A DNA stretch of 64,000 nucleotides from Nannocystales bacterium (GTDB lineage Bacteria; Myxococcota_A; Polyangia; Nannocystales; Nannocystaceae). Location: the NCBI GenBank assembly GCA_050633305.1, contig JBOEGF010000018.1, forward strand, positions 448,001 through 512,000, given 5' to 3'. Below are positions 18,948-27,597 of the stretch, one piece after another; the first letter of the stretch is position 1, and each line of letters opens with the position of its first letter. Below the pieces are notes generated by a model. It saw nothing but the letters and a program-made list of their open reading frames with translations, did no database searches and was not told the DNA's origin. The position numbers and the translations under genes were made by a program.

Positions 18948-19376
18948 ATGCGTACCCAGCCACCAATCGAGGCCGAGGAGAGCCAAGTGGGCATGCAGTG
19001 CTCTCGTTCCGCAGTTCTTCACCAGCGCCTGGGTGCGGCTGTCACCGACGATCACGCTCGTGTCGACCTGTACGCGTCGCTGATGTTGGGCACCGTCTAC
19101 GTGGACTCGATGGAGATCCTCCTCACCGAGGACGGACCCAAAGTCGAGTTCGAGTCCGTGTCGACGACGCACGGACCGGCGATCGTCGCCTACTCGTCGC
19201 GGAGGCGCCGGGGCGAGCTGAGCCGCGAACAACTCGAAGGGGTCTCGTTCGAGTACCTCGTCCACGCGCTCCCCGAAGGCGTTGGGGTTGTTGTCGACCC
19301 TCAGCATGAGTGCCTCCTGATCGATGGCGACGACATCCAGACGCTCCGTGAGGCGGGGCCTGTGATGGAGCATTAG
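18948..19376 (+). CDS. SseB-family-like protein
   Basis: LYASLMLGTVYV...AIVAYSS...LPEGVGVVVDP pattern resembles the SseB N-terminal domain; start uncertain. Confidence 0.6.
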   Translation: MRTQPPIEAEESQVGMQCSRSAVLHQRLGAAVTDDHARVDLYASLMLGTVYVDSMEILLTEDGPKVEFESVSTTHGPAIVAYSSRRRRGELSREQLEGVSFEYLVHALPEGVGVVVDPQHECLLIDGDDIQTLREAGPVMEH

Positions 19377-19381
19377 TTTGA

Positions 19382-19406
19382 GAGGGGCCTTTCGGAAAGG
19401 CCCCTC
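19382..19406. terminator. Strong hairpin, possible terminator between convergent genes
   Basis: GAGGGGCCTTTC-G-GAAAGGCCCCTC perfect inverted repeat 5 nt after stop 19376; no T-tract on the + strand. Confidence 0.55.
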
Positions 19407-19446
19407 GCTGCGGCAGCGGAGCTGCCTTCACTCACCCGAAACGGGC

Positions 19447-19605
19447 GGCGGGAGCCGCCTTGGTGGGCGCGGAGGCTGGCGGTAGCTGTTGGTTGGGACG
19501 GAGGTCGGAGGACGTCGAGACGGAGCGGCGGTGGCCGCCTTGGTTGGCGCGGAGGTCGGAGGACGTCGAGACGTGAGGCGGTGGCTGCCTTTGTTGGTGC
19601 GGAGA
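19447..19605 (+). repeat. Degenerate intergenic tandem repeat (4 copies)
   Basis: Core GGCGGTGGCYGCCTTGGTTGGCGCGGAGG at about 19447, 19478, 19527 and 19577; exact 24-mer CGGAGGTCGGAGGACGTCGAGACG at 19499 and 19550. Confidence 0.85.
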
Positions 19606-19615
19606 GCGCGGACGC

Positions 19616-20863
19616 TTAGGCGTCGGTGGGGGCGGCGAAGGCTCGGGAGCGGAGCGTCGGGACGAGTTCCATGGCGCGCAGGAGGAGCTGGCGTTCGTCG
19701 TCGCTGACTTGGGCGTCGGCGAGTGCGACTCGGAACAGCTCGTCCAAAATGGTCTGACGCATCTCGCGAAGTTGTTGAAACTCCTCGAAGTCGACGACGC
19801 GGTCCTCCTCGATGCGTTCGATGAGGTCGTTGAACGTGTGCAGCTGGGTGTCGAAGCGCCGCAGAAGCGCGCGCTCGTCCGTCGTGACCTCGCCGTCGGC
19901 CAGCGCGATGGCCCGCATTCGTTGCATGACCTCGTCGCGACCCGGAGGCTCGCTCGATGTCGCCGCGACGACGGCCCGGGCCGACCCGTCGGCGGTGAGC
20001 ATGGCCAACACGAGACGGCGGACGAGTAGGGTGCGGGCGCCCAAGGGATCGAGATGGTGCAGCGCGTCGAGGAGGTCGCGAACCTCGAGCTCGAGCGTCG
20101 CTCGTAGTGCGCGGCCGATCTGGCGCAAGTTGAGCTTGACGACCTGCGCTGGGATCGCGAACCGCTGGGTCACGAGTTCGACGGCTCGTTCGTCCCCTTC
20201 GCCACTGAGGAACGGCGCCAACTCTGAGGCAAGCCCGACGACGTTCCCCAGCAGACGTCCGACGGCATCGGCAACCTCGGTCTTCCGGGTGCGCCCATCG
20301 TCACTGCAGACGACACAAGCCGCTTCGACCAACGCCTCCTTCCAGACGCCGCGTGAAGCCGCGGCCAAGCCCGGCGTGAGCGCGTCGGCGGCGAACTCTT
20401 CGAGTCGGCGCGCTTGTGCGTACCCGGAGGCGGCGTTGCGCAGCCGGGCTTGCGCGGCCGGGCCGTTGATCTCCCAGCCCGGCTGGGTGCGCAAGGTTGC
20501 AACCAGTTCCCGGAACACGCGGCTCATCGGGCCGGAGGCTTGTTCGAACTCCCCCCCGCCGGCGTTGGCGAGTGCATCGAGGTCGGCATCATCGACGTGG
20601 GCGCGGAGTTCTGGCCGGTCGCGCGTGACAGCGAGGACGAGGACAGCAAAGCGAAACAGGGCCTCGTGCGCGCTTGCTTGGACCTGGAAATCCTCCAGTA
20701 GAAAACCGACGATTCCCGCGGCCTCGGTCACGACTCCGGTCGTCGAGAGCGCAACTTCGAGAGCCTCGGACCCGGAGGTGCCATATCCTTCAGCGTAGGG
20801 GGAGGAGCGTGGCGTCTCGAGGTCGATGCCACCGCCGGTGTCGAAGAGTTCTGCGACCTCCAT
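19616..20863 (-). CDS. Hypothetical protein with C-terminal TerB-like motifs
   Basis: ALADGEVTTDERALL and ALADAQVSDDERQLL, plus EEDRVVDFEE. Confidence 0.7.
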   Translation of the reverse strand: MEVAELFDTGGGIDLETPRSSPYAEGYGTSGSEALEVALSTTGVVTEAAGIVGFLLEDFQVQASAHEALFRFAVLVLAVTRDRPELRAHVDDADLDALANAGGGEFEQASGPMSRVFRELVATLRTQPGWEINGPAAQARLRNAASGYAQARRLEEFAADALTPGLAAASRGVWKEALVEAACVVCSDDGRTRKTEVADAVGRLLGNVVGLASELAPFLSGEGDERAVELVTQRFAIPAQVVKLNLRQIGRALRATLELEVRDLLDALHHLDPLGARTLLVRRLVLAMLTADGSARAVVAATSSEPPGRDEVMQRMRAIALADGEVTTDERALLRRFDTQLHTFNDLIERIEEDRVVDFEEFQQLREMRQTILDELFRVALADAQVSDDERQLLLRAMELVPTLRSRAFAAPTDA

Positions 20864-20925
20864 CCGTGCATGCTAACAAGGCCACGCGGCCTGTGTTGAG
20901 TCTCCCGACAGCCGCTCTCTTGCCG

Positions 20926-21372
20926 ATGTCTCGCTCCGCAACTCCGAACGACACACTGCGCCTCGGGGACATGGTCTCGGTGACGATCGAAGTGGCGCGC
21001 GGGAGCTTCGTCAAGCGCCGACCCTCGGGCTCCGTCGATTTCGTCTCACCGCTGCCGTGCCCGTACAACTACGGGAGTATCGTCGGGACGTTGGGGGCAG
21101 ATGCCGACCCCCTCGACGCGGTTGTACTGGGTTCCCGACTGCCCTACGGCTTGCAGGTGCGTGTTCGTGTCTTCGGATGCGTCGACTTTGTGGACGGCGG
21201 CGTTTCGGACCCCAAGTGGGTGTGCGGCAACGGCTCCCTGCGCCCCTCAGACCGCGCAGGCGTCGAACGCTTCTTCCGCGTGTACGCGGGCTTCAAGCGG
21301 GTCCTGTACGCGGCCCGCCGCAGCTCGGTCGGCCCCACCGCGTGCTTGGGCTGGGTTCCTCCGCAAAGCTGA
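20926..21372 (+). CDS. ppa: Family I inorganic pyrophosphatase-like protein (short)
   Basis: IEVARGSFVK, PYNYG, DADPLDAVVL, DGGVSDPK. Confidence 0.8.
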   Translation: MSRSATPNDTLRLGDMVSVTIEVARGSFVKRRPSGSVDFVSPLPCPYNYGSIVGTLGADADPLDAVVLGSRLPYGLQVRVRVFGCVDFVDGGVSDPKWVCGNGSLRPSDRAGVERFFRVYAGFKRVLYAARRSSVGPTACLGWVPPQS

Positions 21373-21450
21373 TAGCCTGCGCGCGTGCCTCTGGTTCCTC
21401 GATCTCGCGACCTCTCCGCGCTGCTCGTTCGGGCGGTCGCTCGGATCCCG

Positions 21451-22332
21451 ATGGGGTCGATTCAGCTGCCCCCCTCGGCGATCGCTGCGGTGTTCGACTT
21501 GCGCCGACGCTCTGCCGGGTTGAAGCGCAAACAGGTGAACGTCGGCCGGTTCACGCTCCCGTATCTCGAGGGCGGAAACCCCGACGGCCCGACGCTCGTG
21601 CTGATCCATGGGTTCAGTGACAGCAAGGACTCGTTCGTCGATGTGTGCCAGGGGCTCAGCGGCACGTATCGCTTGATCCTGCCCGACGTCCCCGGGTTCG
21701 CGGAGGCATCCTCGCCCCTGGACTTCACCTACGACCTCGCCTCCGTAGCCGAGGTGGTCGCGGGGTTCTTCGACGCCGTGGGGCTCCATGATGTGCACGT
21801 CGTCGGGAGCTCTCTAGGCGGCGCCGTCGCGGTGCAGCTTGCGATGACCCGGCCAGAGCTGTTGCGATCAATGTCGTTGGTCGCGGCGGCTGGTGTCAGG
21901 ATGCCGACGCCCAGTCCGCTGCAGCTTCGGCTCGACGCCGGGGACAACCCCTTCGTCATCGACACTCAGCAGGGCTACGAGGACTTTGTTGGCCTCGTGA
22001 TGGAGAAGCAGCCACCGATCCCTGCGCCGATCCTCCGCCATCTGGCTCAGGAGTTCATGGATCGGGCGAGCCTCAACCAGAAGATCATGGGAGACCTAAT
22101 GAAGGGCGATTGGGACTTCACGCCGCGACTGAGTCAGGTCGAAGTCGAGTCACTGCTGATCTGGGGGGACCACGACCGGTTGATCGACATCTCGGCCGGC
22201 CATGCGTACCACCGAGGGCTGCCCAATTCTCGGCTGGTCATCTTCCATGGGATTGGGCACATCCCGCAGCACGAGTGCCCTGCGCGAACCGGGCTCTACA
22301 TCCATCGGTTCATCGAGTCGCAGGCTGGCTGA
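21451..22332 (+). CDS. Alpha/beta-fold hydrolase
   Basis: LIHGF, PDVPGF, GSSLGG nucleophile elbow, WGDHD, GHIPQHE; GTG 21385 is an alternative start. Confidence 0.9.
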   Translation: MGSIQLPPSAIAAVFDLRRRSAGLKRKQVNVGRFTLPYLEGGNPDGPTLVLIHGFSDSKDSFVDVCQGLSGTYRLILPDVPGFAEASSPLDFTYDLASVAEVVAGFFDAVGLHDVHVVGSSLGGAVAVQLAMTRPELLRSMSLVAAAGVRMPTPSPLQLRLDAGDNPFVIDTQQGYEDFVGLVMEKQPPIPAPILRHLAQEFMDRASLNQKIMGDLMKGDWDFTPRLSQVEVESLLIWGDHDRLIDISAGHAYHRGLPNSRLVIFHGIGHIPQHECPARTGLYIHRFIESQAG

Positions 22333-22485
22333 GCATCGTCGCTGCACAACGCGCTCGGCGGGCGTTCGCGCAGACGCAACCCCAGTACGCAGGACCGCAA
22401 ACACTGCGCGTTGGAGTCCCCGCCGGGGACCCTAACTTCAGGGGTGGTGGAATCGAGGCAACGCCGACCTCGTCGCAGTGTTTGA

Positions 22486-22760
22486 GGCCTCGGCGAGACC
22501 GGCTTCTTCTGCATCCCCTCGGGCACGCCCTGCATCAACGCTGCATTCGTCCAGCCCGGAGTATGCAGCGTAGGGCAGGTCGGGGTGTCGCCTGACCCGG
22601 TCGAAGGATGTGGGGACGAGGAGCCGTGTTGCACCGACTTCTGCGACCTTGCCGCGGCCGACCCCTGCACCGGTGGAACCATCTGCACTCCCTGGGAGGC
22701 TCCTGCCTTGGGGTTTGCAACCAAGGGGCCTGCCTCAGCCCGGTCTGCGTCCCTCGGCGC
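22486..22760 (+). pseudogene. Remnant of a Cys-rich myxobacterial protein
   Basis: One frame reads GFFCIPSGTPCINAAFVQPGVC...EGCGDEEPCCTDFCDLAAADPCTGGTICTPW after an in-frame TGA at 22483-22485; no signal peptide or credible start. Confidence 0.5.
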
Positions 22761-22833
22761 GAGCGTTTTTGTCGACCCCCGTCGGGGGCTGCTTGAGGCA
22801 TCCAAGGTTCGCGCACGTTGAAGGGGGGTGGTC

Positions 22834-23436
22834 GTGAAGCGCTTTCCCTCCCATCTGCTCGCCCTCCTCTCGGTTCTCATGGCTCCGGTACTCGTCGCCG
22901 CCGCCCCACCGCCCGATGCGACGCCGTCGTTCGGCCATCCTGAGCGTGCTCCGAAGCGCGCGACACCCCGGAAGGTTCGAAAGGTCGCGAGGGCGGCGGG
23001 ACGATCCCCGGCCGGGCGGTTCGTTCTCAACAAGCACACCGAGTTGAGCCCTGCTCACGCGAAGCCCGTCGATTGGGCGTTCTTGAAGTTCCTCAACTCG
23101 GTGTACGTCAGTGCGGAGGGCTACGGAAAGACCGGGTACGCGAGCTTCAAAGATGGCAAGGGGACCGCGGCGTTGGTGACGAAGACCAAGCCCGGCGTTG
23201 CTCGGCTTGTATCCTGCGGGATCGCCGTCGAAACGGCCCAGGACATCACGGTCCGCGAGGTCGTCTATGGAGAGGCGGTTGATGCCGGGACGATCCTCGT
23301 GAACAAGCAGCTACAGCCCGGGACGCATTCGATCACGTTTGTCGCGCCCGGGTACACGGCGGACCGCTACCAGTACGTGTTCAACGGAGGGGCGAACTGG
23401 AATCTTCTGTACTGCGACGTGTACTCGGCAGACTGA
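22834..23436 (+). CDS. Hypothetical secreted protein
   Basis: GTG start after AAGGGGGG; signal-peptide-like N-terminus; beta-rich body with two Cys. Confidence 0.7.
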   Translation: MKRFPSHLLALLSVLMAPVLVAAAPPPDATPSFGHPERAPKRATPRKVRKVARAAGRSPAGRFVLNKHTELSPAHAKPVDWAFLKFLNSVYVSAEGYGKTGYASFKDGKGTAALVTKTKPGVARLVSCGIAVETAQDITVREVVYGEAVDAGTILVNKQLQPGTHSITFVAPGYTADRYQYVFNGGANWNLLYCDVYSAD

Positions 23437-23475
23437 GCGCCCCGCATGAGCGAGGGGCGTGTGCCGTTCGAGGCC

Positions 23476-24030
23476 TCACCAGCTGACCTGGTACGACGCG
23501 TAGCCAGCGTCCAAGTCGACCTCCATCACCCGGACGTCGACGTCGACCTGGAGCGCCGTGACGAGGCCGAGTAGGCAACCATGGAGCCCCTCGACGAAAC
23601 ACGGGAACTCATGGTCGGCCGCGGGGAAGTTCGAGAGTTCGACCGCGGTCTGCGACTCGTCGACGTCCGCGCTCAGCTCGCCCACGTCTCGGCAGAGGTG
23701 CTTCCACAGGCGGGCCGTCTGGCGGTAGACGGTTCCGGGGTTCATCCCCAGACGCATCCCGACGTGGCGAAGGAACCCGGAGAGGAGCGGACGGCCGGTC
23801 AGCGCACCCATGGTCCGGCGCCACACCTCGACGTTCCGTTGCGAACCAACCACCGCTCGAATGGCGTCGGAAACCTCCATGTGTTGTTCCATGGATGTCC
23901 AACCCACCGGTATCACGCGACGGTAGTGCGCTTGTGTCTCGTCGGAGATGCGTTCGAGGATCGAGGTGCGTTCGGCCGCGTCGAGTGCCTCGACCTGCTG
24001 CAGCAAGCCATCGCCGAATGCGCTGCGCAT
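23476..24030 (-). CDS. Hypothetical myxobacterial protein (DUF2378/V4R-like)
   Basis: ILERISDET...GWTSM...LWKHLCRDVGEL...FVEGLHG...YQVSW pattern. Confidence 0.6.
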   Translation of the reverse strand: MRSAFGDGLLQQVEALDAAERTSILERISDETQAHYRRVIPVGWTSMEQHMEVSDAIRAVVGSQRNVEVWRRTMGALTGRPLLSGFLRHVGMRLGMNPGTVYRQTARLWKHLCRDVGELSADVDESQTAVELSNFPAADHEFPCFVEGLHGCLLGLVTALQVDVDVRVMEVDLDAGYASYQVSW

Positions 24031-24293
24031 CTGCTGTCGTCCCGACACGGCAGGGGACGATAGCAGCTTCGCTGATGCGGCACCGACTCGCGGCGAGGAG
24101 TCGCCACACGCGAGTTGCCCGAGAGACAGGTCTTACCCGATGCCGTCGTCACGCCACGGGTTCTCGTACGGGGGAGTCCATCTGGGCTCAGGGGCGGGCG
24201 AGCGAGAGCGCTCGCCAGGGCTTCCGCGCCAGCGCTGCTCGGCTGCCGTCGGCGCCCGTCGAGGCGCGCAGAGATGCTCTCACAGGGGCGCTC

Positions 24294-24329
24294 ATGAGGC
24301 GGGCGCATGGCTTCATGCGTCGAACCCAT
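24294..24329 (+). promoter_or_regulatory. Tandem LysR-type boxes (ATG-N9-CAT x2)
   Basis: ATGAGGCGGGCGCAT (24294-24308) and ATGCGTCGAACCCAT (24315-24329); each is T-N11-A and their starts are 21 bp apart, upstream of 24369. Confidence 0.55.
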
Positions 24330-24368
24330 TTTTCGCGGGGGCCTGCGCGGATCATGGTGTCGATCATC

Positions 24369-25442
24369 ATGAAGACGCTCAGTATGCGATTCGGCCGTGC
24401 GTTCACCCTTGTCCTTGGACTCGGTGGAACACTGGCTGCCTGCGGTGACGATGCGAACGAGGATGGGGAGTCCGGCTCCATGGAGGCCTCGAGCAGCACA
24501 GCGGGTACGACACTCGGGACCACGGGATCGGGGGATGCTTCGGGCGGGTCGTCCTCGACCACGGACGACGCCGCCACGACGTCGGGGCTCTCGGAGACGA
24601 CGTCGTCACCGGGATCCGAAAGCACGGGTGGCTCCGATACCGAAGCCGACAGCGCGATCACCGTGTTGGACGGGTTCTCCACGCCTGAGAGTGCGCACTG
24701 GCACGCGGCGAGCGAGACCTGGTTCATCTCGAACATCGCTGGGGAGTCAGGCGCTCCGGATGGTGAAGGTTGGATCACCCGCCTCGATGGCGAGCTCGCC
24801 GTGACCCAGATGCAGTGGTTCGATGGATTGAACTCGCCGGCGGGACTGGTTTCGACTGAGACGACGCTGTTCGTCGCGGATATCGATCGGGTGCTTGCCA
24901 TCGACATCGCGACTGGGGACTTGGATGAACAGTGGACGGTGGAGAGCGCTGGCTTGCTCAACGATCCCGCGCTTCATGCCGACGGATCGGTGTATGTGTC
25001 TGATACGTTCGGGCAGGCGATCTATCGCCTGGAGTCTGGGACGGCGCCACAGCTGGTCCTCCAAGACCCCCAACTGGGCGGTCCCAACGGGCTGAATGTC
25101 ACGGGTGATGTGCTCACCATCGTGTCGACCGGGTCGTTCACGGACTTCGAAGAAGAGGCTTCAGCGTTTCGCTTGGACCTCGTGACGGATGGACTGACCG
25201 AGCTACCGGAAGTCCGCGGAAAGTTCGATGGCATCGAGCCCGACGGTGACGGCTACCTGCTCACCGACTTCCGTGGCTCGCTGCTGCGACTCGACGCATC
25301 CGAGCAGCTCCACGTGATTCGCGACTTCGTCGGCGAGGGGTTGGTCAGCAGTACGGCCGACCTTGGGTTTGACGCCGAACGTGGCCGCGTCGGCATCCCG
25401 GACCTACTGGGCGACCGCGTTCTGTTCTACGACATGGACTGA
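24369..25442 (+). CDS. SMP-30/gluconolactonase-like beta-propeller lipoprotein
   Basis: Lipobox LAAC, S/T linker, GFSTPES, WFISNI, LLND, GPNG, FDGIE, TADLG. Confidence 0.85.
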   Translation: MKTLSMRFGRAFTLVLGLGGTLAACGDDANEDGESGSMEASSSTAGTTLGTTGSGDASGGSSSTTDDAATTSGLSETTSSPGSESTGGSDTEADSAITVLDGFSTPESAHWHAASETWFISNIAGESGAPDGEGWITRLDGELAVTQMQWFDGLNSPAGLVSTETTLFVADIDRVLAIDIATGDLDEQWTVESAGLLNDPALHADGSVYVSDTFGQAIYRLESGTAPQLVLQDPQLGGPNGLNVTGDVLTIVSTGSFTDFEEEASAFRLDLVTDGLTELPEVRGKFDGIEPDGDGYLLTDFRGSLLRLDASEQLHVIRDFVGEGLVSSTADLGFDAERGRVGIPDLLGDRVLFYDMD

Positions 25443-26350
25443 GGTTCGAGGCACCGGCCGACGATGTCGCGTATCCATTGCTGCGCGGCATCGTCGTGGT
25501 TGCGCACGTGCCACGTCATCATCACGTCGACGGGGTCAACCTCCACGGGCGCGGGCAACTGGCGAAGCCCCAGGCCATGGACCAGACGCTCGTCCACACT
25601 GCTACGGACGGCGGTCAGCACGAGGTCTGAGCGACCCACGATGACGGGCGCAGCGACAAACCAGGGCACGCGCAGGGCGACCTTGCGCGAGAGACCGCGG
25701 CTGTCGAGCCAGGCATCCACGCTCGAGGTTCCGCTTCCGGCGGGCGAGACAAGGATGTGTTCCGCCGCGACGTATTGCTCCAACGTGAGTTCCTCGTCGA
25801 TGGCCGGATGCCCCTGCCGGACCACGCAGACGAAGCCTTCGGTGAACAGGAACTCCTGGCGCGCCGCCTCGTAGGAGATCCGCGGCCCGATGAGAAGGTC
25901 GATGTCGGGGTCGTCCACGAACGCCGCGCTGCGCTTCCACTCCAGGGGCCGAAGAACCAGTTCGACGTCGGGTGCCTCCTCTTGCACCGCATGCACCAAC
26001 CGGGTCGCGAGCTGGACCGCGATGAAGTCCGCGGTGGCGATCCGGAACTTCCGAGTCGAGGTCTTCGGATCGAACGGTGGGTTGGGCTGAATCGAGGCCT
26101 GCAACGCCTCGAGGGCGCGTTTGAGCGGATCGCCAATTCGCTGCGCGCGAAGCGTCGGCTCCATCCCGCCCGGCCCCCGCTCGAGCAGCGGGTCATCGAG
26201 CAATCCGCGCAGCGTCGCCAGGTTGTGGCTCATGGCCGACTGGCTGATGCCGACTTGGCGCGCGGCTCGGGTCACGTTCTGCTCGCTGAGAAGAGCGTCC
26301 AGTGCGATCAGCAGGTTCACGTTGATCGACGAGAGCTCGAGGGCGGCCAT
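25427..26350 (-). CDS. LysR-family transcriptional regulator (NodD/DntR-like)
   Basis: NVNLLIALDALLSEQNVTRAARQVGISQSAMSHNLATLR...DDPLL; FDPKTSTRKFRIA. Confidence 0.95.
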   Translation of the reverse strand: MAALELSSINVNLLIALDALLSEQNVTRAARQVGISQSAMSHNLATLRGLLDDPLLERGPGGMEPTLRAQRIGDPLKRALEALQASIQPNPPFDPKTSTRKFRIATADFIAVQLATRLVHAVQEEAPDVELVLRPLEWKRSAAFVDDPDIDLLIGPRISYEAARQEFLFTEGFVCVVRQGHPAIDEELTLEQYVAAEHILVSPAGSGTSSVDAWLDSRGLSRKVALRVPWFVAAPVIVGRSDLVLTAVRSSVDERLVHGLGLRQLPAPVEVDPVDVMMTWHVRNHDDAAQQWIRDIVGRCLEPQSMS

Positions 26351-26442
26351 CAGCGGAAGCTTGGCAGGTACCGCTCCGCAGGGACAGGGTGCGCGGCCGC
26401 CGGAAACAATTGGCAAGCCCGGCGAAACCCCGCGGGCTCGGT

Positions 26443-26472
26443 TTGACTCCAAGAGTGTATATATGTATACAC
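26443..26472 (+). promoter_or_regulatory. Sigma-70-like promoter overlapped by a YtrA-type GntR operator
   Basis: TTGACT (26443-26448)-N17-TATACA (26466-26471); AT-rich near-palindrome GTGTATATATGTATACAC (26455-26472). Confidence 0.75.
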
Positions 26473-26480
26473 ACCAGCAC

Positions 26481-26879
26481 ATGCCGGGGCTGCAGATCTC
26501 GCTGAGCGAAGCATCTGGTGTGCCGTTCTATCGGCAGATCGTCGACCAAGTCGCGGGACTCGTCCGCACCGGACAGCTCCCTGCAGGCGAGCAGTTACCC
26601 TCGTTTCGCGACCTGGCGGGAGACCTCACGGTTTCGCTGATCACGGTCCGACGGGCCTACGCGGAACTCCAGACCGCGGGGCTGGTCGTGCGCAAGCAGG
26701 GCCAGGGGACGTTTGTCGCGCCGTCGGTGCGCAAGGCGTCCAAGGCCGACATCAAGAAGCGAGCGCGACAAGCGATCGCGAACGGGCTTCGTGAGGCACG
26801 CCAGCTGGGCGTTGCCGTATCTGAAATCGCAGTGCTGACCGAGGCGCTGCTGGCCGAGTTGGAGCAAGACAATGACTGA
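26481..26879 (+). CDS. GntR-family regulator, YtrA subfamily
   Basis: SGVPFYRQIVDQ...LPSFRDLA...TVRRAYAEL...GQGTFV; short C-terminus; ABC genes follow. Confidence 0.93.
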   Translation: MPGLQISLSEASGVPFYRQIVDQVAGLVRTGQLPAGEQLPSFRDLAGDLTVSLITVRRAYAELQTAGLVVRKQGQGTFVAPSVRKASKADIKKRARQAIANGLREARQLGVAVSEIAVLTEALLAELEQDND

Positions 26880-27597
26880 AACGAAGTTGGTCCAAGTCAC
26901 CGACCTGAAGATCGAGCGGGCCGGATTCGGGCTGCATGTCCCACAGTGGAGCATCGAGCCGGGGTCCGTCGTCGGCGTCGTCGGTCCCAACGGGGCGGGG
27001 AAGACGACATTGTTGGATTGCTTGGCCGGGATTGTCCGCCCCACCTCGGGACAGGTGCGTGTCCTCGGACACGACCCATCGCTCGACCCGGTGTTTGTTC
27101 GGTCGCGGACCGGGTTCATGAGCGATGACCGTCCGCTGTTCGACCTTCGGGTCGACAAGCTCCTACGGGTGCTGTCGGGCTACTACACGACCTGGGATGA
27201 CGACCTCGTCGCGCACCTCGTACAGCGCTTCGGGCTCGACCTGCGCGCGCACGTTCGGGAGCTGTCCAAGGGGCAGGGGACCTGTTTGCGTGTCATCGCG
27301 GCGCTGGCGTTTCGGCCCACGGTCGTGGTTCTTGATGAGCCTGGTACGGGCTTGGATTTGGGTGCTCGGCAGGCGTTGCTCCGCAGCGTCATCGAGGTTG
27401 CGCGCGACCCGGTGCGGTCTGTGGTGGTCAGCTCTCACCAGCTCACCGACCTGGAGCGCATCGCCGATGCGTTGTTGGTGTTGCGGGCGGGGAAGGTCGT
27501 CGCGCAGGGACCGACGGATAGTGTCATCCCGGAGGGAAAGTCGTTGTCCGAGGCGTTGGTTCACATGCGCGCCAGCGGATCGGAGGTGTCCGCGTGA
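26872..27597 (+). CDS. ABC transporter ATP-binding protein
   Basis: GPNGAGKTT, LSKGQ, VVLDEP, SSH. Confidence 0.95.
   Translation: MTETKLVQVTDLKIERAGFGLHVPQWSIEPGSVVGVVGPNGAGKTTLLDCLAGIVRPTSGQVRVLGHDPSLDPVFVRSRTGFMSDDRPLFDLRVDKLLRVLSGYYTTWDDDLVAHLVQRFGLDLRAHVRELSKGQGTCLRVIAALAFRPTVVVLDEPGTGLDLGARQALLRSVIEVARDPVRSVVVSSHQLTDLERIADALLVLRAGKVVAQGPTDSVIPEGKSLSEALVHMRASGSEVSA

Noticed and set aside
19447..19605. CRISPR array
   Set aside because: Only two exact 24-mers; the intervening sequences are similar to each other rather than unique spacers; no cas genes in the window.
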